The notes beneath the pieces are model-generated. The model searched no databases. It was not told where the DNA came from and worked only from the letters and a program-made list of their open reading frames with translations. This document shows positions 48,360 to 62,890 of a stretch of 64,000 bases of DNA, one piece after another. Numbering within the stretch: the stretch's first letter is position 1; each line of letters starts with the position of its first letter. The DNA lies in contig OZ316894.1 of NCBI GenBank assembly GCA_973895155.1, positions 9,895,440 to 9,959,439 of the forward strand, in the 5' to 3' direction. Source of the DNA: Marsupella aquatica (taxonomy: Eukaryota > Plantae > Marchantiophyta). Both the position numbers and the translations under genes were made by a program.

Positions 48360-51300
48360 GATTTTGCAAACTGTTAGATCTTTCTCATTGTAGATCAAAT
48401 GTTCTTCTCTGCAAGCCCGCAAATAAGGAGCTACTCGGAATTCGCATGCTTAGATATGAGCTGTTAGAGTATTCCCCAGTTTTCATGTCATTGTCAAATG
48501 CAACGATGTGTACTTTAAGTATCTAGATGTTGAAATACTCCTTGATGGCTCTTATGAGGGTAAAGGGATATTGATCGCGTGGATATCCGACCTTCTGTGG
48601 TGGTTATTTCGTCTCGAATATTTCTTATTTGGCATTGCCTTTCTCAGCTGATTGTTTTCCACACCAAAGCTCCATACTGGAGATTTTCACACGCAAAGAC
48701 AAAGCGATATTCGTTTTTCCTGTATTTTCTGGGGACTGAAAACCCACAAATCTTTGTATTGTGTATTCAGCATTTCCTCGGCAGACCTATTTAGTGCAAA
48801 ACGTATCTGGACACTTCTCGTGCTGATTGACTTGTGTGGCCGACGATTATTACGTTGGTATTTATGTCTGGAAATCTTTCTCACATGGTCTGTCCCTGTA
48901 CCAATTCTGTTGACACTTTAGATTGAAGTGCCATATTGGCAGGGTTCCGCCTGACTGGAGCATTAACGCTGTGGAGGTCGTGTATGCAGGTCAAAGTCTA
49001 AGTTATATAGCAAGGCAACAAAATTTAGTTTCACTACCCTCTTCAGTGTTGGAGCGGAGAGCCATACCATTACCAGTGAGGACATTTGTTTGTAGGGTTA
49101 GAGCGAGTACAGTGCAGATCGCCTTTATTGCTTGAATGGTATTTGTGAGGGGACTATGGTTTTAATGTGCTCGATATATGGAAAGTTCCCAGTCGATTTT
49201 GAGACGATATACCAGAAAGTTCATGTCAGTTTCAAGATTGTCAGCGATGCTGTGCAAAGACTCTGAGTGGTTTTTGGAGATGTAGAACTTGGAGCCCTTC
49301 AACGGGTTTGGCAGATAATCGTAATTAGAGATCGTAAGGTTGGATAAGTATTTCTTATCTGGAGAAGAAGCAGAAGTAATGGTATTTCTGTTTGGTAGGA
49401 CTTGAGGAACGAGGAAAACCTCCTTGTAGCATATAGGTTTTCACACCTCTTTGATGTCTTCATAGAGTTAGGAATACTCTGTATATGGCGGAGGTTCTTA
49501 GCCATCCTACCTGTTGTCCCGAACCAGGGGACTACACCGGGGTCTAGGACCACCTTTTTACGCCACTCGAGTTGGCCTGTGAAGGCTGAGGCTTGGGTGA
49601 AAACAAGACAATGAGTCGAAGGATATTCTCCACGTCTGCATTAATGTTACACCGCATAAGGTTGGAAGGTACTTCATACTGATTTCCATAGCATTGAAAT
49701 TGCCAAAACTGGGCCTTGAAAAATATGGAGCGAGACAGCTTTGTCTAACACAAGGCTCTGGTGGAAAAGAACCAGAACTTGGATGTTCGAGCTGATTGCG
49801 CTCAGAACTTCGATGACAGTGCCTTGGGAAATGGGAGGATATAGAAGCTTCCATTTCCACTTTGTTTGCCGAATTTGAAGTCTACAATTTCCAAGATGTC
49901 TTTAAGTATCCTAAGGGTCGCAATAGATTGTCACTTAGGCACACCTGTCCCAGTAATCAGACGGTGGAGATTGAACTGTCACTAGCTGCTCTTCTGATGG
50001 ATTGATATCAGTGACAAGTGGATGATCTAGTTAGGATATGTTAGTTGGGCAGACGTGTCCCACCATGTAAAGATCATTTTCCTCGCCAGGTTGAACCTCC
50101 CAATTTCCTATCCTCGAGGTATTACATGTGCCGGGAAAGTGCTATTTGTGCGAATGAGAAAGGTTTCCACGGAATTCATGAGTCTGACTGAAATCAGGAA
50201 AATCCTGGTCCTCCTTTTGGAAGGTACTCGAAACACATTGATTGAAATAAATCTGAGAGTACTCAAATCAGTACGTAGTTTTCCATTAAATTGAAGACGA
50301 CATCAATGAGCGACATTGGCCTTCTGACCATTCCTTAAGATCTCCTCTGTTTTAGCCATACGGGCGGCTTCTGGGGGAGCAAACATGAGGAATGACTGAA
50401 TCAATGTGCCCTTTTTCTAAGCCCATAAGCTACTTTAGCCAGCTTAAGGCTGCATGAATACTCAAGCTGCTTTTCATGGAGACCTGTCGATCTCATGGTT
50501 GTGATAATGTTGGTACTACCCAAGATCTAGTATTTAAGGCCAATAATTAGATTCAGCTCCCAATGGAAAGCTTGCTTGATGTGGTGGTACGTCACGCGGG
50601 CTACTTGAAAACTCTCGAATTCAAAGCTCCATTAAAATCATCTCTCTGCATGGGACTTCATAAGCCAGTTGAATGAAAGACAAAAGATGCATCATATGAT
50701 CACTAGCGCAACTTGGTGTCGTCGAGAATAGCAAACTTCTAGATTCAACAGCACTCGAAACGTGATATATTGTAATGCTAGACTCGAAGGTGTGGAAACT
50801 CAAGTTCACACTGTAGCCCTATCCATGATGAGGGAGAGTTTGCGACGGATGGTTTCGACCAATGGGAAAAGGATCATGGTATGTTTCTCAGGTGTGTGAC
50901 GGAACGTTTTACGGTGGACGCCTGTGAGGAACTTTCTGGAATGATCGAGACTCTTGAATGCATTGCTCTCCGGCTTGATGTACACCTTCCAGACCCTTCG
51001 GCTGGACGCCAGAGCCTCAGCGCGAAAGCAATTGGCAAGCTGATTTGGAGCATTAGCTGATAAAATGGTAGACCTGCTGCACTGCGCAAGGCAATCGGTT
51101 GTTGTGACTAGTACCTTTGTAGCGCGCTATCTGTGATGGGTTTCATGTTTGGACAACTTTCAGGTCTTTGCTGTTTCCTCCTTCACCAGCAGCGACCGTT
51201 CCAGACAGCATAGAAGTGAGCTGAAGTCCAGCCAGAGCTCAAGTTTCGGAGAGTAGAGAAAGAAAATGCTTCGAAAGATCCAGCAACTAACCTTCTCTGT

Positions 51301-51899
51301 GATTACCCGTGTGTGGAGTCGAGAGGCAATTTCGGATTTTGGCTCAAGTTTTGTGGACTCAGCTAGAGCGCCTTACTTGCTCAAGGCTCACGAGGTCGAG
51401 AGGAAATTCGTTTCTGGACAGGCGGACAGAGGAGAGAGAATTGAGGTATTGTTTTTATCCCAACTCAATAGTTGTGCGTTTCAATTGCCGAGAATTCTTT
51501 CTGACTGAGCATTGCAATAGTTGGATCGGTCGCTCTTCTTGAGTTGTATGGAGACATGCTTCTATAGGAAACAGAAAGAATCCAACTGATTTTCTTGATC
51601 ACGGGGGAAATCCTTTGTATTGTGATGCATCGTCATGATTAGGCTGATCATCCGAATCCTCTATCAGGGCTTATTGCAGGGTATGGCACTTTAGAAATCT
51701 GGATTAAATATGAAAATTTTGTGTTGATAGATAGTGGGGAGGGTTTTCGAGAGAGCGGAGGATTCTGATAGAGTAGAGGCTCTTCTCAACCCTCGGGTTG
51801 AGTGTCCTCTTCAGTTCAATTTTGCAGAGTTTTGGTTTCAGGGGAGGGAATTGCTTTCACTCTGTAAGAAGGCGACTTGTGGATTTTTGGCCGGAGACA

Positions 51900-52271
51900 A
51901 TGGTTTTCTTGTTCTTCGGAGGAGTGAAGCCGGAAGTAAGTAAAGTGATTGAAAGTAGAGTGGCAGAGTGCCCTCGGTGTGGATCCGATGCCTCACTTGT
52001 GGAGTATGATAATGTCTTCCGAGCGTTCTTCATTCCCGTCTGGCGAAGGGCTGGCACGAACCCTGCCCTTCACTGTGACAACTGCTCATTCCTCCTGCCT
52101 TGGGAGCAATTTCAGAAACTTCAGTCGAGAAGAACCGGGGGGCTTCCTGAGCTAGAGCAGAGGACAAATGTTGTTGGGCCCTCTGCCCCCCTCCTCCGGT
52201 GCTGGTCTTGTAGCTCGGTTCTGCAGCCTGAGTTCCAATTTTGCCCACAATGTGGAGCTTCTCAGCAATGA
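51900..52271 (+). CDS. Small zinc-ribbon protein (zinc_ribbon_15-like), 123 aa
   Basis: MVFLFFGG...CPRC...FFIPVW...CDNC...CWSC...FCPQCG, four CxxC pairs, single coding exon. Confidence 0.8.
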   Translation: MVFLFFGGVKPEVSKVIESRVAECPRCGSDASLVEYDNVFRAFFIPVWRRAGTNPALHCDNCSFLLPWEQFQKLQSRRTGGLPELEQRTNVVGPSAPLLRCWSCSSVLQPEFQFCPQCGASQQ

Positions 52272-53119
52272 TTTCAGGTCATGAAGTTGATGAAGTCATT
52301 CCATTCCTATCTTCAGAAATGATCAGTTACAGATTCACTACTAGCGTATTCCCGAATTCTGTTTCGACAATGGAGATGGGTTACTCATTCTGGGAAAGAT
52401 CCAGGTATTTCTGATCTCTCCATGGTTTCTAGATGCAAGCGGTTGGGACTGGAGGTCACTTTTGAGTTGTGAGAGTTCTGGTCCCCTGAAATTACGGACG
52501 AGCTTCTTCCAGTGGAAAGGAACAACCATTATTCACGTTGAAGGGAGGACTGAGCATTTCCGATTGACGCTTGAACTCCTTAGTATGCAAATCTTTTACA
52601 ACACAGAATGGTGGTTCTGATTCGGAGGAGCCTGAGGTGATGAAATTTACTTTTAAACGAGCTGGAAGTCATCCAGACGGCACGTTAGTGAGCTCTCTGT
52701 CGTTTTTCAGTAACATTCCAGCAGTAGGATACTAAAATCAGGTTTCGACCCTGCAAGTGGCGTCGCCCTGCTTGTCATTTTGACAAGCTCAGCAATGTAC
52801 TATGAAGTATCTATAAACAAATAACCAAACAAACAAGTTGTCGACTGTCAAATGCTGATACGCCAAGTAAGAATTCACATTGTATCCAACACTTGGTGGC
52901 AATCGGCGATTAATGCTAAAATTGCTTTCATTGAGCTTGAATTCAGCATGTCATTCAACTTGTCGTTGAGCTATACATACCTGGTGGTACAAGTAGATGT
53001 ACTACAATAGCTCCTCAGCAACAATGTAACGAGCGATTGACTCCCGCCCATCCACTCCTCACTAGAAACTTGATGTTTCCCTGAAGTGTCAAAGGGCTTG
53101 AATATTTCCCCAACAAATT

Positions 53120-53250
53120 GGGCATTACAGGTACTCTTTGAAACCTGATGTTCTAAGGACTATTGTACTGCCACCCTGGCGTTGTGGGCATTACAGGTAC
53201 TCTTTGAAACCTGATGTTCTAAGGACTATTGTACTGCCACCCTGGCGTTG
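53120..53250. repeat. Perfect tandem duplication of ~66 bp
   Basis: tgggcattacaggtactctttgaaacctgatgttctaaggactattgtactgccaccctggcgttg x2. Confidence 0.9.
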
Positions 53251-53289
53251 TTCACACAACGCCAGCGTGAAACATTTACTATATGTGCA

Positions 53290-53325
53290 CTAGTAAAATT
53301 CGGCCCAGTCCCTTGAGGAAATGGG
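53290..53325 (-). mobile_element. Candidate Helitron 3' terminus; the element would extend rightwards toward the RH39 promoter
   Basis: Minus strand: imperfect hairpin CCCATTTCC-tcaa-GGGACTGGG, 10-nt spacer, CTAG, then T. 5' end not identified. Confidence 0.35.
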
Positions 53326-55222
53326 TAGCGAAAAATCTCACGGTACCAGAATTTGTTTTTTTTTTTTGCCTCGAAAAAACCAAACAAATTCCATTCATAA
53401 GGCCAGAATACAAAACGGGGGGCCCAAAAAAGGGCACCCCCAAGGGGACCATGAGGTCGAGGTGCCGGGGCCGGTGAAGCCAGAACCAGGGAAGAAATTG
53501 AGCCTCCTACAAGGCAACCAAACAAGGCATTTGGAAACTACAACGGGAGCAGCACACTCCCAAAAACCGGCCAGTGCAAAGGGGCCGGCGGGGTCCCTTG
53601 CAGTGGATCCATGATAAGGTGGGAACACTCTATCAGTCTAGCAGTAGTGCAGCTTCAAAACCTGCAGTGACGTATTGCTCAAGGGGGACGTGGGGGGACC
53701 AGTTGGACTTGGAGGATATCATCATGGAGGAGCCACAGTCCATTCCATGTGCCATAATCCCGAGACATTGCGTGGTGGGCCTCGCTGAAGGTGGACTTCC
53801 CAGTGCGAATCTTGCCATTTGCCAAAATTGCCAAAATTGCCATTCGGGATAGTTTAAAACATAATTTTCCCCCAGATCCCGAGCTTGGTTTCCCCTAAAT
53901 CTTCTTCAGAATTGGCCTTCACGCATGATCTGTTAAGCCTATATAATTTAGAAGTTGTGACTCTGGAAATTTTACTGTACTTCAATTTCTTTCTGCCAGA
54001 AATTACTCTTTGAAAACCTGTTTTGATAATCATGAAGTACATTTGTTATTTAAGCCAATAGTAAATTCAGCCTATTGTGACAAAACGCTCACAGGTATGG
54101 TTTACTTATTGTTCAAACCCTGCGGGTGCTAAGGGCCAATTTGCATGTAGCCAGCCCTCAAGAATTGGGCCCTTTGCTCTCGCAATGCCTTTGTGAAAAA
54201 GCAGATCTGCATTGAAACTTTCCAGCCTTTGCCCTTGAAACCCACAATCATTGTGTTTGGGATGCTCTATCATGTGCTGGCATGAGTCAACTTGAGGGCA
54301 GTAAAACCAGGGGCTGCATACATGCGAGTTGGCTGTGAGGGGGCTTTACAAGACTGTGGGGGCCATTCAATGTCTCTCCATCTAAAGCTAAAATGATGGC
54401 CCGTCCCAGACACTAAAGTTAAAATGTCTGGGCCAATATATGTCAGATCTGGCAATAATAAATGCAATACCCTGATCGGGCTATAATAAATACAATACCC
54501 TGAATAGAAAAGACTGATTGCTCCATTCTTTTAGACCAGCTCAAGAGGAGGTCTAAGTTTTTGACAAAAAAACATGTACCCATTAGCAAAAAAGGGGACT
54601 CACTGATAGATGACTAGGTTTGGAAATGGCTTTGCGGGGACCCAAGTTCATGTTAAAGTGCCACTATCCCCAAAGCAAAACTAGTGGATCCAGGTTACTA
54701 AAATAAATCAAAAATGGGCTCAAAACAGAAAGAGAAAAAATAAAATTGCTAGTTTCTCCTCCCTTAACCTGGTGGACAATGGTGGTTTAAGTGAAATCTG
54801 GCCTGTTCTCACATGTGAGTGGCTAGGATTGCATCTCACGCATAGAAAAACAGGAATGGCTGCCCCCGAGTTCTTGTAAAGGCCCCCTAATAAGGTCCTC
54901 CCATGAAACCCGTTTGCCCTGCACTTGCCAAGGGCGAGCTTTCGTCGTGTGCTATGGGAGCATGGTAACGAACGATGTCTCTCCTCCCTCAGCACCCTCG
55001 TGAGTCGAGTGTTTCTGTCTGCTCGAATGGATTCTCGAATGGATTGCAAAAGTGGGACAGACGAGGAGAATCGAATTGCAATCTTCGGATTGCTCTCCCT
55101 CTGATCATCATCTGCAGCCATGCTCGCCTTTCCTCCTTCTACTCCACCCCGATCCACCTCGTGTTTTTTTTTTTTCCTCTTCTCATAGAGAATTGAGACT
55201 GGAATTGACCAGCAGCAGAGCT

Positions 55223-58200
55223 ATGGCGCTCCTCTGTGGTCGCCGCATTTTCTTTCTCTCCTCTACGCGGATACACCTCTTCTCGACATCGAGTGGCAAC
55301 AATGTGTTTACCCGCTCCACTCTACAAGCATGGGCCGGGCACGAGATGGGCGCTCGACGAATCCTCCGGGTTAGGGCACAATCGGTCTCCACCGCAGCGG
55401 CAACCTCACCGACTCTGAAATCGGCGCCGACGAGGTCCATTCCCTCGGACGCTCCGTTCAGTTCTGTGTCACCGCTGGAGAGACTGCGGGCAAGGCAACT
55501 GCGAGATGTGCCCAAGCCCGTCCCGGCGAAATCCTCCCCGCCAGCGAAGAGTCCACCGAAAGCGCCAGCTCTGGCCGTGTCGTTTGAAGAGCTCGCGTTG
55601 AGCGATGAGCTCATGTCGGCAGTCCGTGAATTGGGAATCTCGAAGCCCACTGAAGTGCAGAGCTTGGGAATTCCTTCGGTGCTTGCTGGTGAAAATGTGG
55701 TGATGGCATCGCATACTGGTTCCGGCAAGACTCTGGCTTACATGCTTCCCATCGTTCAGGTGGGAATTTGTCTCTACCTTTCCTTGGAATCCGCATTGTG
55801 GTTGGTTTGGAGTATCATTCCTAAGTTTTAACAACAGGGGGTTTCTTCAAATATGGGTACCGTGATTTGTGTTTTGTGTGAAGCCGAGGGCCTTGGTATT
55901 GGATTCAATTTTTAAGGTTTAGGGAGTTGGATACTTGGACGTGTGATCAGAGTCCGCATGACCGATTTCGTACATAATTTGCAGCTCAAGCCGAAGTGTA
56001 CATAAAATATGGGTTTGTTCAAAAGACGGTTTACTCTGATTTGGGTTTTGTGTCAAGCCTAACACTTTTGGTAGTCTAGTAAGTTTTAAGGTTTAGGGAG
56101 TTATATACATCGGCGCGTGATCGGATTCCATGCATAATTTGCAGCTGAAGCCGAAGCAGATATGATAGGCAGTTTCGTTGTGAAGCCTCCCTTAAACCCA
56201 TGTCTGCTGGCAAAAGAAATTGGACGTCTGTCCCTCGATATGTTATTAGGCAGTATTGTTGTAAAGCCTCCCTTAAACCCATGTCTGCTGGCAAGAGAAA
56301 TTGGATGTCTCTGTTCCTCGATATGTTATTAGGCAGTTTCGTTGTAAAGCCTCGCTTAAACCCATGTCTGCTGGCAAAAGAAATTGGACGTCTCTGTTCC
56401 TCGATATGTTATGCGAGTGGCGAGGGTAAGATTTGGCCTTCAAGTTGGAATTCGGAGTATCGGGAGCGCACTCATGGACTCCACAGCGATTGAAAGTTTT
56501 CACAGATAATTTGGATAAACACTGAAAACGAAAACAAAAACAAAAACTGAGCAGGTATTTTCTATTGTTGTTGTGGCAGATGCTAAGGAGAGACGAACTA
56601 GACTCTGGCAAGGCAACCAGGATTAGGAGACCTCGTTGTGTTGTTCTCTGTCCTACCAGGGAGCTCGCGGAGCAAGTACGTGTTTCAAACCGCCTTAATT
56701 GGGTTTATACTGAGAGCAACCCTCCCTCTTGATTCGGCTATCCAAGTTGAGGGTATCAATCGAAAACAGTTTACTTGTTTCTGGTATTAAGATACGCTCA
56801 CAGTAGAACTGCTTGATTTCTATGAATTCTATCGAAGCTGAATTCTGGGTGAAAATTAATGGGATTCTGAACAACCGTACTGGGGACTAGTACCATAGTG
56901 AGCTCTGTGACGGTAATTTGGTCTGATAAATCGGAACTGTCGCTTCGAATTTCTACTACCGGTAGCTATTTTAGATTGAGAGGAGGTACTTAGGGGACAA
57001 AAGTTTTACAGGTGTTTCATGTGGCGAAGTCGATCTGTCATCATGCACGCTTTCGAGCAGCAATGATTGGAGGAGGGACAAGGATGAAATCCCAAGAGGA
57101 AATTTTGAACACTGCTGTGGACATGATAGTCGGAACCCCTGGGAGGTTATTGATGCATATTAAGGAGGGCCATATGGCATATGGTGATATCAAGTATGTG
57201 GTGAGCTCTTGCACCTTGGTTTCTCTTCTCAGTCCACTTTGTGCTTTTGGTATAGGATGTGTAGCGAAAGCGGTGTTCCGACATTCCATATGCCATATTG
57301 CGCAGTTGTAAGTTTTAACGCTGAATTAACGGCTAATGAAGCCTCTTAAGGAACACCTGCGCGGCCAAGTTGGTTGTGGTCTTTCGCTTACTATTGGGAT
57401 ATTCTTCAGGCTTTGGACGAAGCAGATACTATGTTTGATCGTGGATTTGCTCCCGAAATACGGAAGTTCTTGGGCCCTCTTAGAAATCGGTCCCGCCAGC
57501 CTGGTGATCCAGGATTTCAGACAGTTCTAGTCACAGCAACCATCACCAAGGTCCGAACAAGCTCCCTTTCGTAACGTATATCTGGATTTTTTCATTAAAT
57601 TGCTTCCTCTCTACAAATAGCTGTGTTTGTGTATCAATGTCTAATTGACATGTCCTATCTCTCCAGGACGTTCAAAAGTTACTGGATGAAGAGTTTCCTG
57701 GCATCAGGCATATCCAGACATCTACTCTACACAAGAAAGTTGCATCGGCACGCCATGACTTTTTGAAGCTGTCTGGCACAGAGAACAAACTGGAAGCTCT
57801 TACACAGGTATGAGTTGTTTCGCAATAGTTTTTCCCTGGGGACTTGAATAGCTGGCCTAGACATAGTTTTGCAGTTGTTTCTTGATTGACAAGTGAAGTT
57901 TGTGATTTCGTTGGCCATTCATGTGCAGGTATTGGAGCCAAGGCTTGCAAAAGGAAACCATTGCATGGTGTTCTGTAATACACTCAACTCCTGTCGTGCT
58001 GTGGATCATCATTTAAGTGAAAATGGCATCAAGACCGTAAACTATCATGGAGAGGTTCCTGCGGATGAAAGGTAAATATGGTGTTAGAAGAATTGAAATG
58101 CTCACGAGAGTTTCCGTTCTACCGAAGATGTTGAGCAGCAGACTGAAAATTGTGTCTCTTTTCTCTTGTTCATCCAATAGAAAGGTTGGATTTTTATTAC

Positions 58201-59064
58201 CCTACGTCGTTTTAACCGTGGCAACTGTCCCTCAACTTGGATTGATTTGCATGACAGGGTTGAAAACTTGAGCAAATTTAAAGATGCTCAAGATGGTTCG
58301 GTCCCCGCATTAGTGTGCACTGACCTGGCTGCCCGAGGCTTGGACCTTGTTGTCGATCACGTGATCATGTTTGATTTTCCTTATAACCCTGTAAGTCATC
58401 TTTTGCCATTATCTCAATGCATATGCAGTCTCCCTAGAGCCAAATATTCTATGTAGCGTTGGAAAATTTGAACTTGTGCGGTTTCTATTTTAGTACAGAA
58501 AGAAAAGCAGGTTTTACTGACTCCATTTGTTTTCACAGATTGACTATCTACATCGCACGGGCAGAACTGCACGTATGGGTGCTAAAGGTACGTTTTCATA
58601 CTCTATAGATCTCATATTGCTTTACTTCTACTGCAGAAGCATTTCAAGTTTACCGTCAATGACATCTGTGTTGCTTGATGGCTGCAGGTAGAGTGACAAG
58701 TCTTGTTACTAAGAGGGATCTCACCTTAGCTCTTCAAATAGAAGATGCTATGTCTCAGGGGAAATCGTTAGAAGCACTGACATCTAATAGAGAAACCTTG
58801 GAACAGCGGAAACAGCAAGAACTTGTACAAAAGAGGAGGCAAAAATCAATGGAGAAGGATGATAGAGGCAACTTCAAGACGGCAAAGTTTCAAGGTATAG
58901 GTAGATTAGGATCTGGTATGAGTAAGTCGGGTTCAAAGAAACCCTCGTCTTCACCCTTCAAACCTCTAAAAGGTACTCGAGGTAAAGCAAGGTTCGATCC
59001 CAGTGATAAGAAGGTCGACAGCAGTACCAAAAAGCCTGTGGGATTTTTTATCAGAAAAAAATAA
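55223..59064 (+). CDS. RH39: Chloroplast DEAD-box RNA helicase RH39-like
   Basis: Nine exons (55223-55759, 56580-56675, 57012-57200, 57410-57550, 57667-57807, 57929-58071, 58258-58390, 58539-58587, 58688-59064). Transit-peptide-like N-terminus; [54 protein letters not shown]. Confidence 0.9.
56158..56412. repeat. Intronic tandem repeat, ~80-bp unit x3
   Basis: gatatg.ttaggcagt.t.gttgt.aagcctc.cttaaacccatgtctgctggcaa.agaaattgga.gtct.. repeated in RH39 intron 1. Confidence 0.9.
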
Positions 59065-62000
59065 AAGTCTTGTAAAAAAGATGCACTGCGTAATTTGTGG
59101 TGCAGGTTACCTCAGCATAATGGCCGTCTATATATTTGTGTTTCAGTCTCGTTGGAAGCTACCGCAGACGGTTTATAGCGAGCACAATATTACTCGTTGG
59201 TTTTAGTCAGTAGAAAGCACTTTGTCCGAGCAATGGAGAAGTGGCAGGCTTACAAGTTGATGCTTTTCTTAGTAGGAGATTGATTTAAAGTTTCGGTTCT
59301 TTCTTTACAAGGTCGAACGAGTTCCCTGCATGGATTGCAATCTAAATGGATCCAGATTCTCCTTTTCTTTAGAAATTGTTGCAGGAGAGATCATATTCTT
59401 GGGGTAAAGGGACTTTTGCACGTGAGGTCTTTGGAGGCCCAACTTCAGAATGCTGATCTTGTGCCGTTCATTCCCTTAGTTTAGAGTTCTGTCCGTAGTT
59501 GGCTTATCTCTTGTGATCGCTTTTCTCTAACCCCTCTATGACATCTGCTGCCATTTTCCTGTAATTCATGACGAAGCATTCTGATCAATACCAGAGATCC
59601 CTCATGATGCAAACTTGCCTGAACATGGTACACAATAGCTACATAATGAGCTGTCCCAAACGTTAGTTTGCATGGTGATTGCTCTTCTTAACACCAGATT
59701 GAATGTCAACCAGAGAGCCCATGGAGAGCTGATCCACACAAACCTGAGCCCCGTTATCTAACGCTACACATGGAGGCAGAACAGGACATTGTGTAATAGC
59801 ATGCAAGGTAAGAGCGGGTTCCAGAGGGTTCGATGAGGGACTACACGATTTGCGATCGCATTGTTTGAGCCCTTGCAACCTCTCGCGAATTGAAAACTAG
59901 ACCGAATGTATTCTCTTGTTAGGGTTCTGAAAAAGAGAAACGGTGTTTACTCGCTATGCTTTTGAGATTCAAGTCCTCCCAACTACTTGTTGAGATATGA
60001 AGCCTCTCATCTTTTTTTTAAATCACTGGGATATCCTAACCAATCATTTTCTTGGGTCACCTCTCCAAACCCAGAGTTGTCTTCTTTCCAAGCCCAATTA
60101 TCCAAGATCAAGTTCATTGTCTTCAAGCTCCGATTCTTTGGTACCAAAATTTTCCCATTCAAAGTCGTTGTCTTCCAAGTTGGAAGGTCGCCCTGTACTA
60201 GTCTCTGGGTACTAGCAATGAAATCCAGAACTACAGGGTGAACAATGAATAATATCAAAAATTTGGAAATTAAGGGCTATCTGGCATGTGGATGCTCCTT
60301 TAAAAAATATTCTCGAATATATGAGTGTTGTTTCAGCTTACTGGCTGTTCACATTCCTCACTGCTGACGAGAATTCAAGAAGATGGTGTGGGGTTGCGAA
60401 ATTTGCATCCTCAGACTCTATACTTGCACACAGAGTGTCCCTGCTGATTTTATTGGGTCACAGCAGGGTCTTTTAACTGACTCTCGCCCAGGTAGTTTCT
60501 AAGTCCGACTACCATCAGGAATCTACTCTAATGCTATTGTCAATCCAAGAGGAGGATTTCTCGGAGACTCCTGACATTTGAGTTGTGGTCGAGTAATTCC
60601 TGGACAACCAAGTAAGCAGCACAAACTGAGCCCTAAAAGGAACGATGCGTTATCCGAATAAGGAGCATGCCCGTTTTCTAACTTGTATCTCAAACTATCT
60701 GTAGCAGTTCAGAATGATAGAGTTGGGTCCGTTCGGTCCTTTGCCTCTTGTATTGGGCTGTACAGTCAGACTAGTGTAAATAGTGCTCATCGTGGGCGGA
60801 GTAGTGTACTGAGTGCAAAGCAGGAATAGAGCGCAGGGCGTTACTGTGCGCAATTCTGCCTCTCTCCTCCCTTTCGAGGTCCTTTCCTGTTCCTCTCGTT
60901 TGGTCTGCCTTCTGCACTGCAACCACTGCACGAAGACAAGCAAGATACAGACAGCAGCAATTCCTGTCCTGCAATTACTGCAATCTTTCCAGAGAGGCGG
61001 ACCTACTTTTTTCTTTGATCCTCGTCTCTAGTCCTGCTGCCCGCTCCGAACTCCAGAATCGCTCAACTGCGCAGGTCAGTCCTGTCTAGTCCAGTCCTGT
61101 CCTGTCCTGCCCAATTTCATAGGTGAATCCGTCTGCCCCGCTTTTCCTCCCTCCCTTTCTTTCCCTACCCCGCCGCGCCTGCATCCCTCCCTGCCTGCCT
61201 CTCTTCTTCTTGGCCATCGAATGACGCATCCCAAAATCATCCTAGGCGAGTGCGGCGATTTTGTGGTTGCTTAACTAATAGTTAAGTCAACAAGGGAGGT
61301 AACTTACTTACGACGAATTGGAGCCATTTTCTTGCTCATTTTCTCTGATTCAAATCTGGTTTCTTCACTGGGTGGGAGAACTTCGCCGCCTAATTGAGCT
61401 GTTGATCATCACCCCAGACGTGGCTCGCGGGCAAGGAACTCCCGTCTGTGGAAAGAGTGTACTGCATGGGGAGATTGGGAGAGTGAAGTGCTCGTTTTTC
61501 AAGTTCATGCTTCTGTGGGTTTTCGTATGTTGGGGGAAGGTTTGAAGAGAGGTAGATAGTGTTGAAAGTAGGATTAGCAGTCCTCCTGTAGCTTCTGGAA
61601 AACGCTTGATTCAAGTCACGTATTGGACTGCTTTACACCTATTTCAGTCATTAATTGGTCCTCACCTTGCTCTGTACGCAGTTGCCGCTTGACGGGCCGT
61701 GAATTCCTCTTCTCTCCATCTATCCTACTGTTTGCCTGTGGAATTCAACGCCCCCTCGGAGGGTTAACGTAACTTGCAGAGTTCTTACAACATGTCCTGG
61801 CCGAAGGTCTGGTAGCATTTCCTTGTGAGCTCACCGTGGAGCATAAGATCATGGTGGAGCAGCCAAGCGAGCTGAGGGACAATTGATTCACGGCTGAAGC
61901 TTACTTTTGGGACTCTGGGTTTTATGGTTTCCACCTTGAGATTTACTGAGCGACATGTCGCATTGACTATGTTGAAGGCAAAGAGCGAGATGTCCAGCTG

Positions 62001-62890
62001 CTGCAGAGGATCACCAGTAAGAAGTTGAGCTGTGGTAAGAGAGACGTCCTCAATTTTCCAACCATGCCATGTACATTTTTTTTTATTTTCGTACCTTGTT
62101 TACTGCAAACCCTTGGGGCAATTTAGTTCCATGCGTGTTCCCCGTTCTCTTGTTCCTGTCCTGAAGCGAGATATTAGAAGATCACCACTCGTCTTCTAAT
62201 CACCATGGTTATTTCTCAGCTGCTTGTACCTCAACCGGAAATTGGACAATCCATTTCGTCTTTCATTGCGATGAATTCAAGCATTCAGAGAAACAATTAC
62301 GACTATATTTCTTTATTGCTTATGGTGATTCGGACCGTGATTCCGTGGATGGAACCGCTGTGCCCATCACGCAGTTTTCATAGAGTTTGAGCGTAATGGG
62401 ATCATATATAAAATGCATTGGTGAATGACATTAACTGTCCTCATGGACCTGAATTGGGCCATTGGTCCAGAAAGGAACATACCTGACCAACAGTAAGGGA
62501 TGAACTGTGACCATGCAGCGAATACAGAAGATTCACTTTGAGGAAGTTCAATAAACTCAGTACATACTTTCATTATGCGGAAATAATATCCTACAGATTA
62601 AACTCAAAACGTTTGAGTTGCTGGTCTGTTTGTACGATCTGTTTGGGGCAATTCGGGTTGATCATCGTCACTGCGTCGTGTTTGTCAGTGCAACGTTGGC
62701 CGCACTGTTTTTCGGATAAGTGGCTGTTTTTCAGCCTGCATGGGCAGGCAATCCGTTTGAGCGGCTAACATGGAGGGTTGTGAGCGGATACATCATGGTC
62801 GAGATTTAAGAGGTTTTGATTTTTCTTGTCCATGTGAACTGTTGAAGATCGCATACTATGTCTACTGCAGGTAGCGTGCCAGAATAGGAA

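Noticed and set aside
49150-50650. Coding-like decayed sequence on the minus strand (similar at 59600-60700)
   Set aside because: Fragmented frames and no recognisable domain; cannot be supported as a gene.
53288-54686. Second CACTA element (CACTAGT at 53288, ACTAGTG at ~54680)
   Set aside because: The termini match for only 7 bp and the flanking triplets differ (GTG vs GAT).
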